A stretch of DNA of 64,000 nt from Eledone cirrhosa (taxonomy: Eukaryota), in assembly GCA_964016885.1 (NCBI GenBank), contig OZ024743.1:54994001-55058000 (forward strand), read 5' to 3'. Below, one piece after another: positions 44,201 to 55,007 of the stretch (position 1 is the first letter of the stretch; every line of letters starts with the position of its first letter). The translations under genes and the position numbers were made by a program. The notes below the pieces were generated by a model. It was not told the DNA's origin. It worked only from the letters and a program-made list of their open reading frames with translations, and did not search any database.

Positions 44201-44353
44201 TGTGTTGTTAATTTGTTTGTTTGTTAATGGCAGCAATGGGAGTTTGTGCAGTGGGGTGATAGTGGAGGGTGGTGCTGGGTGATAGCTCGAATGTTTTTTT
44301 CCAGTTCTTTTGCCAGATTCATTATGGCTAAAAAAGAGGAAGAAGTTTCCTGT
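41216..44353 (-). CDS. LINE ORF2: APE endonuclease plus reverse transcriptase
   Basis: EN motifs LTETHL, GDFNLP, LDLIF, SDHDMV. RT motifs NYRPISLT, QHGFR, YLDFSKAFDRVDH, SGVPQGTVLGPLLF, FADD. CR1-type C-terminus RPHLEYCCPLWSP and LYSLQRRRER. The track start at 44236 is TTG; the frame is open from 44353. Confidence 0.96.
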   Translation of the reverse strand, partial: TGNFFLFFSHNESGKRTGKKHSSYHPAPPSTITPLHKLPLLPLTNKQINNTPKQLKPSTLASTFLLNAQGISPSTNTQKWKIKFLEDWIDVHPNHIPFFVLTETHLSNLHLEAEVKVKNFKAIRADRAGRRKGGTAIYVHNSFSTEAMNIFTNGYCEAVTVFSQTNNLLVVGLYRPPQTPVPCFKECLNSIKCFIQECHPDNILMMGDFNLPGVDWSTNTLPPGSSASTSDREAVESLLDFMDDFFLSQLVLEPTRCHKNVLDLIFSNHTDNIHNIAVEKTLLSDHDMVLCDLSFHRPIYKPNVISPVHPFDAMDFHNANWEAISHDLAHVDWSFTHTHTPTNIKKSWQTFVDTVTNICAKHTPLRTINKSKSRIPRNRKTLIRKIKRTNKKINKLKYCQQQHINLTAISSLEIKKHNLQNNIMSLINNQRRAEEAWAIEKIKLNPKVFFSFAKKHKITGSTVGPLIDENGTLQDNAKTMGEILQKQYCSVFSNPDMADLGCIGDVTPHYTLSDITFGAPDVLAAIKEIKHNSAVGPDRFPACVLKACQHQLASPLANLWRNSLDAGYVPENLLSQSVVPVFKKGNKSLAVNYRPISLTSHIIKVFERVVRSRMTHFLESNNMLNSNQHGFRNGRDCLTQLLHHFDDILRALGEGSNTDVIYLDFSKAFDRVDHNILLRKLSNIGVTGKLLQWIKSFLSNRTQHVVVEGVKSSPAKVSSGVPQGTVLGPLLFIIYINDITDIIKHSNIKIFADDSKLQKVINGVDDRISLQSDLLAVTQWAEKNNMLLNEDKFELIHFGKEDALKLPYSLPSGETLVASNNIRDLGVTVDSNISWTTHISSKVDMARRMCSWILRTFQSRDSRTIILLFSTFARPHLEYCCPLWSPHTKQSIMKLEAPQRAITKKIDGMSDLDYWGRLENLKLYSLQRRRERYIICMMWKMFHHHCPNDVGIAFKIHPRLGPRAIRPIQKSKSQLITTIRHNYFTSIGPALFNITPGHVKTETDHTKFKKSLDKFLQVIPDKPPTPGYVSANSNSLLEWAMVPKS

Positions 44354-45016
44354 TTAGAAGACTGTTGGTGACTGTGGTAGTGGTTATTTTTATGTAGGTT
44401 ATGGTTTTTGTTTTTGCTTTTATTTTTAATTTTATTTTCATTTATCCGACGGGTCCCCGGGAGATGGGTAAAGGGACAATCCCGGTCTAAACACAATCTG
44501 TCTCGCAGGGAAAAACGGCAGATTTGTGGATTCCTTGTTTGAGTTATTGGTGGTTGTGTTGGTGTTAAATTAGAGTATGTATTATGGTGGTGGCTGTTTG
44601 TGGGGATAGATCGTTTTGTCCTAGGTAAATGGGTGAATTTGCAGCCACTATCCGTACATATTCTATAGCGTAGAGAGTAGCGGCAAATGATGGGGTTTCG
44701 AGTGGGTGGGTATGTGGGTGTGGGTGTTGTGAGAGGTGTAGATGATGGTTTGGGTAGGATTTGACGACCTTTGTGGACTGTGGGAGGGAGAGTTCTTGTT
44801 CTGGTATTAGAAGGTAAATTCCTTGACATAGCAGTAGACAAAAATGTTGTAGTAGTAGTAGTAGTAGTAGGCAGAGATGTTGGCAGTGGTGATGATTGGA
44901 CTGCTGGGCCAGAGAAAGGATGTGGCGTTTCATGCTGTGAGACAGAGGCCACTGGGGGGTCAATAGTTTCATTTAGTAGATCGGCCATTGTTGATGAATC
45001 AAGGAGTGGTTCACAC

Positions 45017-45047
<31 letters not shown>

Positions 45048-45393
45048 GCTGTTGTTGTTGTTGTAGCTGTTGTTGTTGTTGTTGCTGTTGTTGTTGTTGC
45101 TGTTGTAGCTGCTGTTGTTGTTGCTGCTGCTGCTGGACAGCATTCGAAGAGAAAACACACCGTAGTTTATCCAAATGTTTATTGATTAATTTAAAAGCAA
45201 TTTCGATTTGCTTTAATTTATTTTGAATCTGTTGTTCAGATCGAGTTTTCAAAAATTGAACTGTACGTTTAGCAATGTCGTTCAGAGATGAAGCATCTAT
45301 ATTTTCTGTTTGGGAAAGGCAATGCCATGTGTTTATTAGAATGTCGATTTCATTATCAGACCAGTTCTGTTTGGATTTTTGCTGGTTAGCCAT
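44224..45393 (-). CDS. LINE ORF1 (Myb/SANT-like, polyQ, two CCCH zinc fingers)
   Basis: ATG start, 389 aa, immediately upstream of ORF2. Contains WSDNEIDILINTW..IA..RSEQQIQNKLK, a Q tract, CRYSLRYRICTDSGCKFTH and CRFSLRDRLCLDRDCPFTH. Confidence 0.85.
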
Positions 45394-45777
45394 TCTAGTT
45401 TTGAGTGTGTGTGTGTTTTAGTTAAGTATTTCAATATATATATATTTTTTTTTTTTTTTTAAAATTTATTTTTGATTTATTTTTGTTTTTTGTTTTTCTT
45501 GTGTGTGAGTGAGAAGCGTATATATATAAATATGAGTATATATATATATATATATATGTATATTCTGGTTATTTGAAATTAATTAAGTTAATGAAAAGAC
45601 GAAAGTATATAATAATAATTTGTAGTTAAAGGAAAATGTACTCACAAGTTCGTGTGTGTGTGTTTTAGTTAAGTATTTCAATATATATATATTTTTTTTT
45701 AAATTTATTTTTGATTTATTTTTTTGTTTTTTGTTTTTCTTGTGTGTGAGTGAGAAGCGTATATATATAAATATGAG

Positions 45778-45810
<33 letters not shown>

Positions 45811-45825
45811 TCTGGTTATTTGAAA

Positions 45826-45872
<47 letters not shown>

Positions 45873-45932
45873 ACAAATGTATCCATACATATATATATGT
45901 GTCCATACATATGTATCTATATAGGTGTTTAC

Positions 45933-45978
<46 letters not shown>

Positions 45979-46400
45979 GTACACACCTATATAGATACAT
46001 ATGTATGGACACATATATATATGTATGGATACATTTGTATACATACATACATATAAATATATATATATATATATGCACATTCATATATATATAGAGAGAG
46101 ATAAGCAAAGAGATATTTAATTTATATATATATATGTGTGTGTGTGTGTATGTGTGTATACATATATATCTATATAGGTGTGTACATGTGTGTCTGTATA
46201 TATATATGACTAGTATCGAGACAGACAAATTGTATTCACTTTTATTAGTTTATTTCATTAATAGCTAACTTTGTCTGTTGCAATGTAAACACATTTCGTG
46301 TTTATCATATACTTTAAATGTATTTAACTGCTCGGAAGAGCCCCTTCCTGGAGCTTAATTATTGTAAACGACTGAGAGTTTATTCTCAAAATATAATATA

Positions 46401-46459
<59 letters not shown>

Positions 46460-46498
46460 ATACATATATATCTATATAGGTGTGTACATGTGTGTTTG

Positions 46499-46533
<35 letters not shown>

Positions 46534-47059
46534 ATACATATATATCTATATAGGTGTGTACATGTGTATATACTGTATATATGTATACATATGTACCTAT
46601 ATAGGGGGTACATGTATATATATATATATATATATGCATGTATACATATATATTTGTGTATGAATTTGTATATATGTGTGCATGAATATGTATTCATATG
46701 TGTGAGTATCATAGTGGTGTTAACTATCATGTAACTTTCACAGGTATTGTATCCGAGTATGCTGAACATATAAACTAAAGTGTATTGCTAATGTTGTATG
46801 GGTGTCTATAAATATAGAATGTTATATAAATATGGCGTCGTACGTGTCAAGTTGGTTTGTAAGCAAAAGCTATTGTTTCAATGGTGGGTTTATTTTCAAA
46901 CTTGTGGCTAAGGTGTGACATTATATACACGTCAGATATTGTTGACAGAATAAATTACACCCATGTGTACGCATACACAAAAACACACATACACATGTAT
47001 ATGTACATGCAACATACATTCACTCATTCATATATATATATATATATATATATATAGGT

Positions 47060-47200
47060 TTTAATATAGAAGAGCTTCTATAGGACTAGAACTGTTTTAT
47101 TCGTGAGAAATCATCAGGAAGCTGTTGGACAGCCAGCTTCCTGATGATTTCTCACGAATGAAACAGTTCTAGTCCTGTAGAAGCTCTTCTAGATTAAAAC
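47060..47200. mobile_element. Fold-back with complete type I hammerhead (family C)
   Basis: Plus copy 47135-47185: AGCTTC CTGATGA tTTC tcac GAAt GAAA CAG ttctagtc CTG TA GAAGCT (GUA triplet). Mutated mirror copy at ~47072-47123. Confidence 0.88.
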
Positions 47201-47763
47201 TTTTTTACTTACTGTGGTTACCTCCGTTTCAACCCGGAATAACTTATATATATATATATATATTTATATATGTACGTATATCATCATCATTTTACATCTC
47301 TTTTTAATACTGGCATAGGTTGTACTGGTTGGCACAATCAAATTATTCTGACCTAGGGATCGAATTAGTGAAGTGGCCAATGTCTGTACATAATGAGATA
47401 GTGAGAGGGGAGAGAAAGAAGCGGAGAGGCGAAGTGAAGAAGTGGCTCTCTACTCCTCCTCCTCCTTCTCCTCATTCGTCACAGCGTTTTTCGATAGAGG
47501 GGAGAAATGTGAACGAGTTACAGAGAGAAAGAGTGAGAGTGAAAGAAACAGATAGACTAAAAGAGAGGGATAGCAGGAGAGAGAGAGAGTGACAAACGCC
47601 GTCTTTTGAGAGTTGTATACGTCAAAGATACATGACAGTGGAATAACTATTGCGTGTGTGTGTACGTGCGCGCGTGTGTGTGTGAGTTTGTGTGCGTTTT
47701 CATGCGTGAGTGTGTATGTGTGCGTGAGTGATTATAAACTCTCTCATGGTCTGATGGAATTAA

Positions 47764-47882
47764 CCCTTTAGCATTTACATTACTCTATATATACTATATT
47801 ATTTTCATGGTAAAGGCTTTATCTCACATAATATAAAAATCTCATAGATTTAATATTATTTATTTTGAGAACAATACCTTAA
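47764..47882 (+). mobile_element. Truncated piggyBac-type MITE
   Basis: TTAA|CCCTTTAGCATTTACATTACTCT; matches the left half of 55008-55213. Confidence 0.75.
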
Positions 47883-47999
47883 CCCTTTAGTATTAATGTG
47901 AGTGAGTTATAAAGAGAAAGAGTGAGAGTGAAAGAAACAGACAGACTAAAAGAGGGGGATAACGGGAGAGAGAGACGCTGGAAGAGGGGAAGGAAAGCT

Positions 48000-48671
48000 A
48001 TAAGTAATTAACACGTGTGCGTGTGTGTGTGCGTGCGTGTATGTGTGTGTGTGTGCGTGCGCGCGTGTGTGTGTACGTGCGCGCGTGTGTGTGTGTGCGT
48101 GCGTGTCTGTCTGTGTGTGTGTGAGTTTGAATCCCTAAATCTAGATAAGCACCCAACCGACTGTTTTCAAACTTTACACATGTAATACTTATGTTTCAGG
48201 GAGTGTTCTGAGCAAAAGAATTTCAAATTTTCAATGCCCTAGGGACCGCATTAGGCGATTTAGCGATCTCTCTCGATAATTCTTAGTCTTTCTCTTTTTA
48301 GATAGATACATACATATAACGTCACGCCCTTATAATATCTGTCTGTATGTCTGATGTCTGCATTACGTCACTTCCTACAATTCGGTCTGCGTCGAGAACG
48401 CGCCCTTATAATATCTGTCTGTATGTCTGACTGTCTGCTGCCTCCGGTTCTTCTGCCACCCTTGCTCAAGACAAATCTCACACTCATTCCCCAAACAGTC
48501 GGTAAGTGCACACAACTTCTTCCTCACGTTTTAAGCCACAGTGTTGCTTACTTACGTACCACCAGACCCTTACTTCTTTGCCAGCCGTGATTGTGGCAAT
48601 ACTAAGCTTAGCTAAAGCGGTTATATATTTCACAATACATTATCCCGTGCAACGCCGGGTACCACTGCTAG
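48000..48671 (+). mobile_element. Non-autonomous Helitron-like element
   Basis: 3' hairpin CCCGTGCAACGCCGGG (48644-48659) followed by CTAG|T (48668-48671); internal GT/CTGT microsatellite near the 5' part. 5' end uncertain. Confidence 0.6.
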
Positions 48672-48825
48672 TATATATATATATAAATATATATATCAAA
48701 ATGGAGGCGGTAAAACCCGTTAGTCCATTACTCATCAAAGTACTCGATACTTGGGGTAGTAGAGTGGGTAATATGAAAAATGCATGACGCTGATGGGTGA
48801 TTTTGGATCTAGCTGTTGAAACGGC

Positions 48826-48941
<116 letters not shown>

Positions 48942-48994
48942 TGCGTGTGTGTAACATTTAGGACCCCGATGGCTGAGCTCCGGCCGTTCAACAG

Positions 48995-49029
<35 letters not shown>

Positions 49030-49476
49030 GTAGGAGGTGAGTTTTATTGTAGTACAATAAAGCAATGCAGAAGATATCGGATAAGTAGCACTCTACAGTT
49101 TGTAGGACTGGATTATAAATAATATATAAGATCAAAAGATGGTTAAAAGAGTTCCATGTATTTTATTATGCGCATTTCAAAAACAAATATCATCATACAA
49201 TAACATTTGCGTTTTCGTCAGATAAAATAGGGAGACATGATATGAAGGTTAAAACACACTTGTGAATAGTGCAGTTTTAAATCAACATATCATATCAACA
49301 TATCATATCAACATATATGTTGATTTAAAACTGCACTATTCACAAGTGTGTTTTAACCTTCATATCATGTCTCCCTATTTTATCTGACGAAAACGCAAAT
49401 GTTATTGCATGATGATATTTGTTTTTGAAATGCGCATAATAAAATACATGGAACTCTTTTAACCATCTTTTGATCT

Positions 49477-49485
<9 letters not shown>
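49030..49485. mobile_element. Near-perfect fold-back with two HHRs (family D)
   Basis: Centre ~49315 (CAACATATATGTTG). Plus HHR 49376-49446: TATTTTAT CTGACGA [long helix II] GAAA TGCGCA TA ATAAAATA. Confidence 0.9.
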
Positions 49486-49541
<56 letters not shown>

Positions 49542-50176
49542 TCAATGGAAAGGTGTCCCTATATATATATATATCGGTGTTCATCCCTCTCATATAATCA
49601 ATTATATTACACGGCTCGGAAAAATTCCCTTCTTTGAGCTATTTAATTGTAAAAGACCATTTTGAGTTTATAACTCAATCTATGATATTCTCGGCTCCAT
49701 ATGTAGAGTTAACTTTAGTTTCATAAACTCGGCTGCTATTTTGAGCGGCATGAGTATGAAACGCGCTAGGCGCTGCAACATGTGCTTTTATATCACCACA
49801 TCGTTCAGTCTTCTTAGATCCTTTGAAGTGAAAGGTACGAATTTCCTGGATAACCGCAGAAGAGAACAGGAATGGTGGCTTTCACTTAATAATTCTTGCG
49901 GAACAGATTTAGATCTGTCCGGGTATCAAAGGCAGTTGCCCAATATAGGTTTGTTATTTTTATTGATTTATTACTTTAAATCGAGACAGGCAAACCATAT
50001 TGTTTTAAATTAGTATTTTTTCAACCTAGCTGACTTGGTCATTTGCAATTCGAACACGTGTATACTTGTATCAGTGTTCATCCCTCTCATATATTCAATT
50101 GTATTACACCGCTCGGAAAGATTCCCTTTGAGCTATTTAATTGTAAAATACTATTTTGAGTTTCTAACTCAATCTA

Positions 50177-50213
<37 letters not shown>

Positions 50214-50240
50214 CACACACACATATATATATATATACAT

Positions 50241-50274
<34 letters not shown>

Positions 50275-50276
50275 TA

Positions 50277-50354
<78 letters not shown>

Positions 50355-50416
50355 CAAAAACAAGATAGCATAGGACAGAACAAAGGAGAGGCACAAAACA
50401 AAGAAAAGAATCCCCA

Positions 50417-50459
50417 GTCACTGAAGAGGTCACAGAATGTGTGACGAAAGAACTTTGAC
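50417..50459 (+). ncRNA. Type I hammerhead in a PLE pLTR fragment
   Basis: GTCA CTGAAGA g GTCACA gaatg TGTGAC GAAA GAACTT TGAC; same family as 4906-4949. Confidence 0.85.
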
Positions 50460-50666
50460 AATATATGAACAACCGGTGGGTTGGTTGTCACAACCAACCA
50501 ACCAGAAGTTTATAAATTAAAAAAAAATTTTTTTAATTTATAATAATTTGGAGTGAAAGTAAGTGGTGCGTGTCTTTCTCATTGGCAAATGACCCTCCTA
50601 AAGTATAACAATATCGGTTTCAACACACGTTTTCAGAAAAAGAATCTTGCTAAACAAATTCAGAAA

Positions 50667-50716
<50 letters not shown>

Positions 50717-51182
50717 ACACCTTTCCATTGCATCATGCTATGATGAAAACACGACTGTTGTCAAGAATATTTCTTCATTAGATCTTCCTTTGTTTTGTAA
50801 CAAATATCGTTCTAAATCCCATACGTTTGTAAACGTTTCGAGACCTCCACAGGTCTTGTCTTTCGGAATATTTATAGCAGTAGATATTATTGGCCTATTG
50901 CTCCTCACGTGCTTTACAATGGTCTCGAAAGATCACGTGTGTGGTTGTAAAATTATGGACGCCGGAATTTATAAAAAATAAAAAAATGTGTGTATGTTGT
51001 GTGCATTGTGTGTGCGTGTGTGTGTGTATGTGTGGGCGTGCGTCTAATAAATGATAGTGATGATTAGTGTTTGATTTAAGAAACTTTACCAAAGTAGATA
51101 AGATGAAATGAAGGAGAGTGGGAGGTATAATGCAGGAACGTAACTAGTTAATGCATAATATACATATATATATATATATATA

Positions 51183-51258
51183 TAACTTTAACTTTGATAA
51201 CTTTGGTAGTTTTCAGCCAGTATTTGCCCAGGCCATGTCTAACTTAACAGCACCACCA
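51183..51258 (-). mobile_element. Extremely 5'-truncated copy of the CR1 LINE 3' UTR
   Basis: GCCAGTATTTGCCCAGGCCATGTCTAACTTAACAGCACCACC nearly matches 41157-41198; TAACTTT tail repeats; inserted in (TA)n. Confidence 0.85.
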
Positions 51259-51273
51259 TATATATATGTATGT

Positions 51274-51309
<36 letters not shown>

Positions 51310-51644
51310 GTGTGTGTCTATATATATACATTTGTATATATGTATATATAATGTGTGTGTGTGTGTGTGTTAATAATGGAGATAAAGATTATATATATAT
51401 TAAGAAAGAGAGTGTGTTATGATTGATAGCTGTAGGTTTGGGAATGTAATATAATGTAATATATTGATAGTAATATGGCGGATGTAGTTCGGTTAGCTGG
51501 TTGGTGAGAAGGTGATAGGAGAGAGACGCAGTGAGACATATTATGTTGGCTGACCTGGCTGGTAGAGAGACAGAGGGAGCATGTGAGAGATAGAATGATG
51601 GGTTAGTTGTTTGGGTTAGTTGAGGAGAGTTTAAAAAGACAAAT

Positions 51645-51822
51645 AATTGTTTCACACGGCCAGCAATCACCCAGTACATTACTGGTACTTTATTTTATCG
51701 ACCCCGTAATGATGAAAGGCAAAGTTAACCTCGGCGGGATTTGAACTCAGGCTGTAAAGGGACGTAACTATGCTAGAAAACATGGCGTCCAACTCTCTAC
51801 CGATACTGCCAATTCACCGCCC
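51645..51822 (-). mobile_element. SINE family 1 with apparent TSD
   Basis: Full A and B boxes. TTTAAAAAGACAAATAAT flanks both sides (51630 and 51823). Confidence 0.85.
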
Positions 51823-52085
51823 TTTAAAAAGACAAATAATGTTAGAAGGAGATTATGTTGGCTGGTTGGTTGGCTAGCCTGAGGGACAGAGAGAGGGGGG
51901 GGGGGGGGAGTGTGTGAGAGAACGAATGAGTGGTTAGTTGGCTGGTAAAGAGAGGAGGGTTAAAAAAGACAAACTTGTTCGAGAGTGGGGCTTGGTTAAT
52001 TGGTTGGGATTGAGGAAATCGTTGGAAAAGACGAAATATTTTAGTAAGAAAGAGAAAGGGAGTAGGGAGATACTGACTCTCTCCA

Positions 52086-52143
<58 letters not shown>

Positions 52144-52234
52144 ACTCTCTCTTTGTCTCTCACTGCGTCATTCTCTCAATCTGTATGTCTGTCTGTCTGT
52201 ATGTTTCTCTCTCTCTCTCTCTCTTCTCTCCCTC

Positions 52235-52273
<39 letters not shown>

Positions 52274-52464
52274 CTCTGTATGTCTGTATCTCTCTTTATG
52301 TGTATGTATATTTCTCTCTCTCTCTCTCTCTCTCTCTGTATGTCTGTCTCTCCCCCTCTCCCCCTCTCTCTCTGTGAATGAAGTAGTGTATGGGGATAGT
52401 GGGGAGAAGAATCGGGAGATGATGTGAGGACGGAACAAGTAAATGACAGAAGAGGATCACAACC

Positions 52465-52830
52465 ATGGTTGTGATGATGATAATGATGATAATGATGCTG
52501 CTGATGGTGGTAGTGGTGATAGTTTTGGCTGTGATAATAGTGATGGGGTGATGATGGTGGTGGTAGTTATAATGATAATGATGGTTGTGATGATGATGGT
52601 GGTGGTAGTTGTAGTTCTGGTGGTGATGATACTAATTGGGGTGATGATGGTGGTGGTGGTGGTAGTGGTGGTGGTGGTGGTGGTTGTTTTATTGATAATG
52701 ATGGTTGTGAGTATGATAGTTGTGGTGCTGATGGTGATGATGACCGTGATGATGATTGCGATGCTGATGCTAATGATGATAATTGTGACGTCGATGTTGA
52801 TGTTAATGATTGTGGCGGCGGAGGTCATGG
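52465..52830. repeat. Degenerate (GAT/GGT)n trinucleotide repeat
   Basis: Visible directly; source of the poly-V/M and poly-T/I pseudo-ORFs. Confidence 0.9.
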
Positions 52831-53129
52831 AAATAGTAATAATAATTGTTTCTACTTTTTGGCACAAGGCCAGCAATTATACCAGTGTATTACTGATACT
52901 TTATTTTATCGACCCCGTAAGTGCGGAAGTCATGGAAATAGTAATAATAATAAAGGTGAAGAGGATAAGCAGCAAGCCAATAAAATCAACACTGCGTGGT
53001 GGATCTCCGTCGTTTTCGACGTCGAGTATTTCAATTGCTTGAACAAATGATAATCACCTCTAGAAATTAACGTGCAAATGGCTGATCATTTAAATTACAG
53101 GTACAACTCGTTTTTTGTAGTTTTTTTTT

Positions 53130-53600
53130 CTTCAGCTGAATGGGCTGGAACAATGTGAGATAAAGTGTCTTGCTGAAGGTCATAACGCGCTGCCAGGAAT
53201 TTCAATCATAACCTTATGACCGAAAGCCCTTGCCACTAAGCTACGCGCCTTCCTGATCAACACTAACAACAAGAACAATAACAGCAAGACATACACATAC
53301 GAATTACGGAGAAGTAAAAGCTGATGAGCTGGAGAAATAAAGGAATAGTAAAAGGCAGAGCGGTGTGGGAAGTGTACTTAGATAGAAGACTGTCTCGAGA
53401 TCGGAGGCTCAACAGGCCGTTGCTTATTCGGGTTTCCGTGCCCTGACGCGGGTGAGAGTACATCGCTTTCCCTGGAAAGGTCACCAGTCCATCGCAGGGT
53501 TAAACCCCCAGATATTGCTGGTACACATTTTCAGCTGAGTATAGATCCCTTGAAATAGAACCCAGACATTATGATCGTAAGTCCAACGCCCTTACCAAAC
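53130..53600 (-). mobile_element. Older SINE remnants (V-domain-like)
   Basis: Reverse complement has AACCCTGCGATGGACTGGTGACCTTTCCAGGG...CACGGAAACCCGAATAAGC; AAGTGTCTTGCTGAAGG body at ~53163. Confidence 0.5.
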
Positions 53601-53789
53601 GAGGCAACACGTTTTTAAAACATAATTACATAGTTCATAAACAAACAGTACCTATACACATTTATAATCTCACTGAAGGTATTTTAAGCAGTGATCATAA
53701 TGACAGCTACCTCCGTATCTGTGTTAGAACGCCGTGTTCATGTACTCACAACAAGAGGATAGATATGTTTATTATTCATTAACTTAGTG

Positions 53790-54408
53790 TGGTGGATTGG
53801 CAGTATCGGTAGGGCGTCGGACAACATGCTTTGTGGCATATAGATACGTCCCTTTATGTTCTGAGTTCAAATCCCGACGAGGTTAGCTTTTCCTTCCGTC
53901 CTTAAGGGATCGATTAAAATAAACTACTAGTAACGCACTGGGGTTAATTTAATCAACTTCCCCTCCACCAAATTGTTGGCCTAAATCAGAAACCATTATT
54001 AATCAACCCAGGGCGGTGGATTGGCAATATCGGTAGAGCGTCAGACGCCATGCTTTACAACATAGAGATATGGCCCTTTACGTTCTGAGTTCAAATCCAG
54101 CCGAGGTTAACTTTACCTTTCATCCTTACGAGGTCGATAAAATAAAGTACCATTAATGCACTGGGTAATTGCTGGCCTTGTGCCAAAAGTAGAAACCATT
54201 ATTAATTAACCCACCAAGGCGGTGGATTAGCAGTATCGGTAGAGCGTCGGACACCATGCTTTCCAGCATAGTTACGTCCCTTTACGATCTGAGTTCAAAT
54301 GCCGCCGAGGTTGACTTTGCCTTTCATCCTTACGGGGTCGATAAAATAAAGTACCAGTAATGAACTGGGTAATTACTAGCCTTGTGCCAAAAGTAGAAAC
54401 CATTATTA
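53790..54408 (+). mobile_element. Three head-to-tail SINE family 1 copies
   Basis: GGTGGATT(G/A)GCA(G/A)TATCGGTAG heads at ~53790, 54015 and 54222. Confidence 0.88.
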
Positions 54409-55007
54409 ATCAACCCATTGTATATATTTCTATAAACGCCTTTATTCTAAACAACACTGTGCTAGTATTATCGCTAATTAACACATACTCAATAATCAAT
54501 TCATAAAATCTACTCTATATAATCAATTCAGTTAAGCTCCTTCTCTTGTGAAGAGGTTGAATATCTCTCATTTCCAACATAGTCTGTCTTTGCGTCTGAT
54601 ATTTCTGAGACTTAGTTCCATTGTTTTGGGGAGATGTTCTTGGATTCTGTTATACATGAGTATGGTGCCCAATTCCTTGTTTAAACATAAGAGCCAACTC
54701 GAGCGAGTGACTTGGCATTCCACAGATAAGTGAATTCTTCATGTAAATTCTCGGGGTGATTCAGCGTTAAACAGTGTGTTGCAAGACTGTCCCTTTGAAT
54801 TACAGGCAACAAAAGCAACAACAAGGACAACAGTAATAAGGACATCAGCAAAAAGAAGGCTGGCTCTTTAAATTACATTTTGCAAGCTGAGTGGACTGGA
54901 ACCACTTGCATTAAATAAAGTGTCTGGTTCAAGGACCCAACGAGTCGCCCAAACATGGAATCGAATTCATAGCCTAATAAACATGAGCCAAACAGCCTAA
55001 CCATTAA

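Larger units (their letters stand above)
41130..45830 (-). mobile_element. Full-length CR1-clade LINE
   Basis: Two uninterrupted ORFs, a short 3' UTR ending in (TTCAAAGTTA)x2, a duplicated 5' region, and (TA)n flanks. Confidence 0.92.

Noticed and set aside
52443-53042. 199-aa hydrophobic ORF resembling a membrane protein
   Set aside because: Made of (GAT/GGT)n repeat plus a SINE fragment.
54218-54305. tRNA genes suggested by A and B boxes
   Set aside because: These are SINE heads. They continue into the shared SINE body, and I could not fold a proper cloverleaf.
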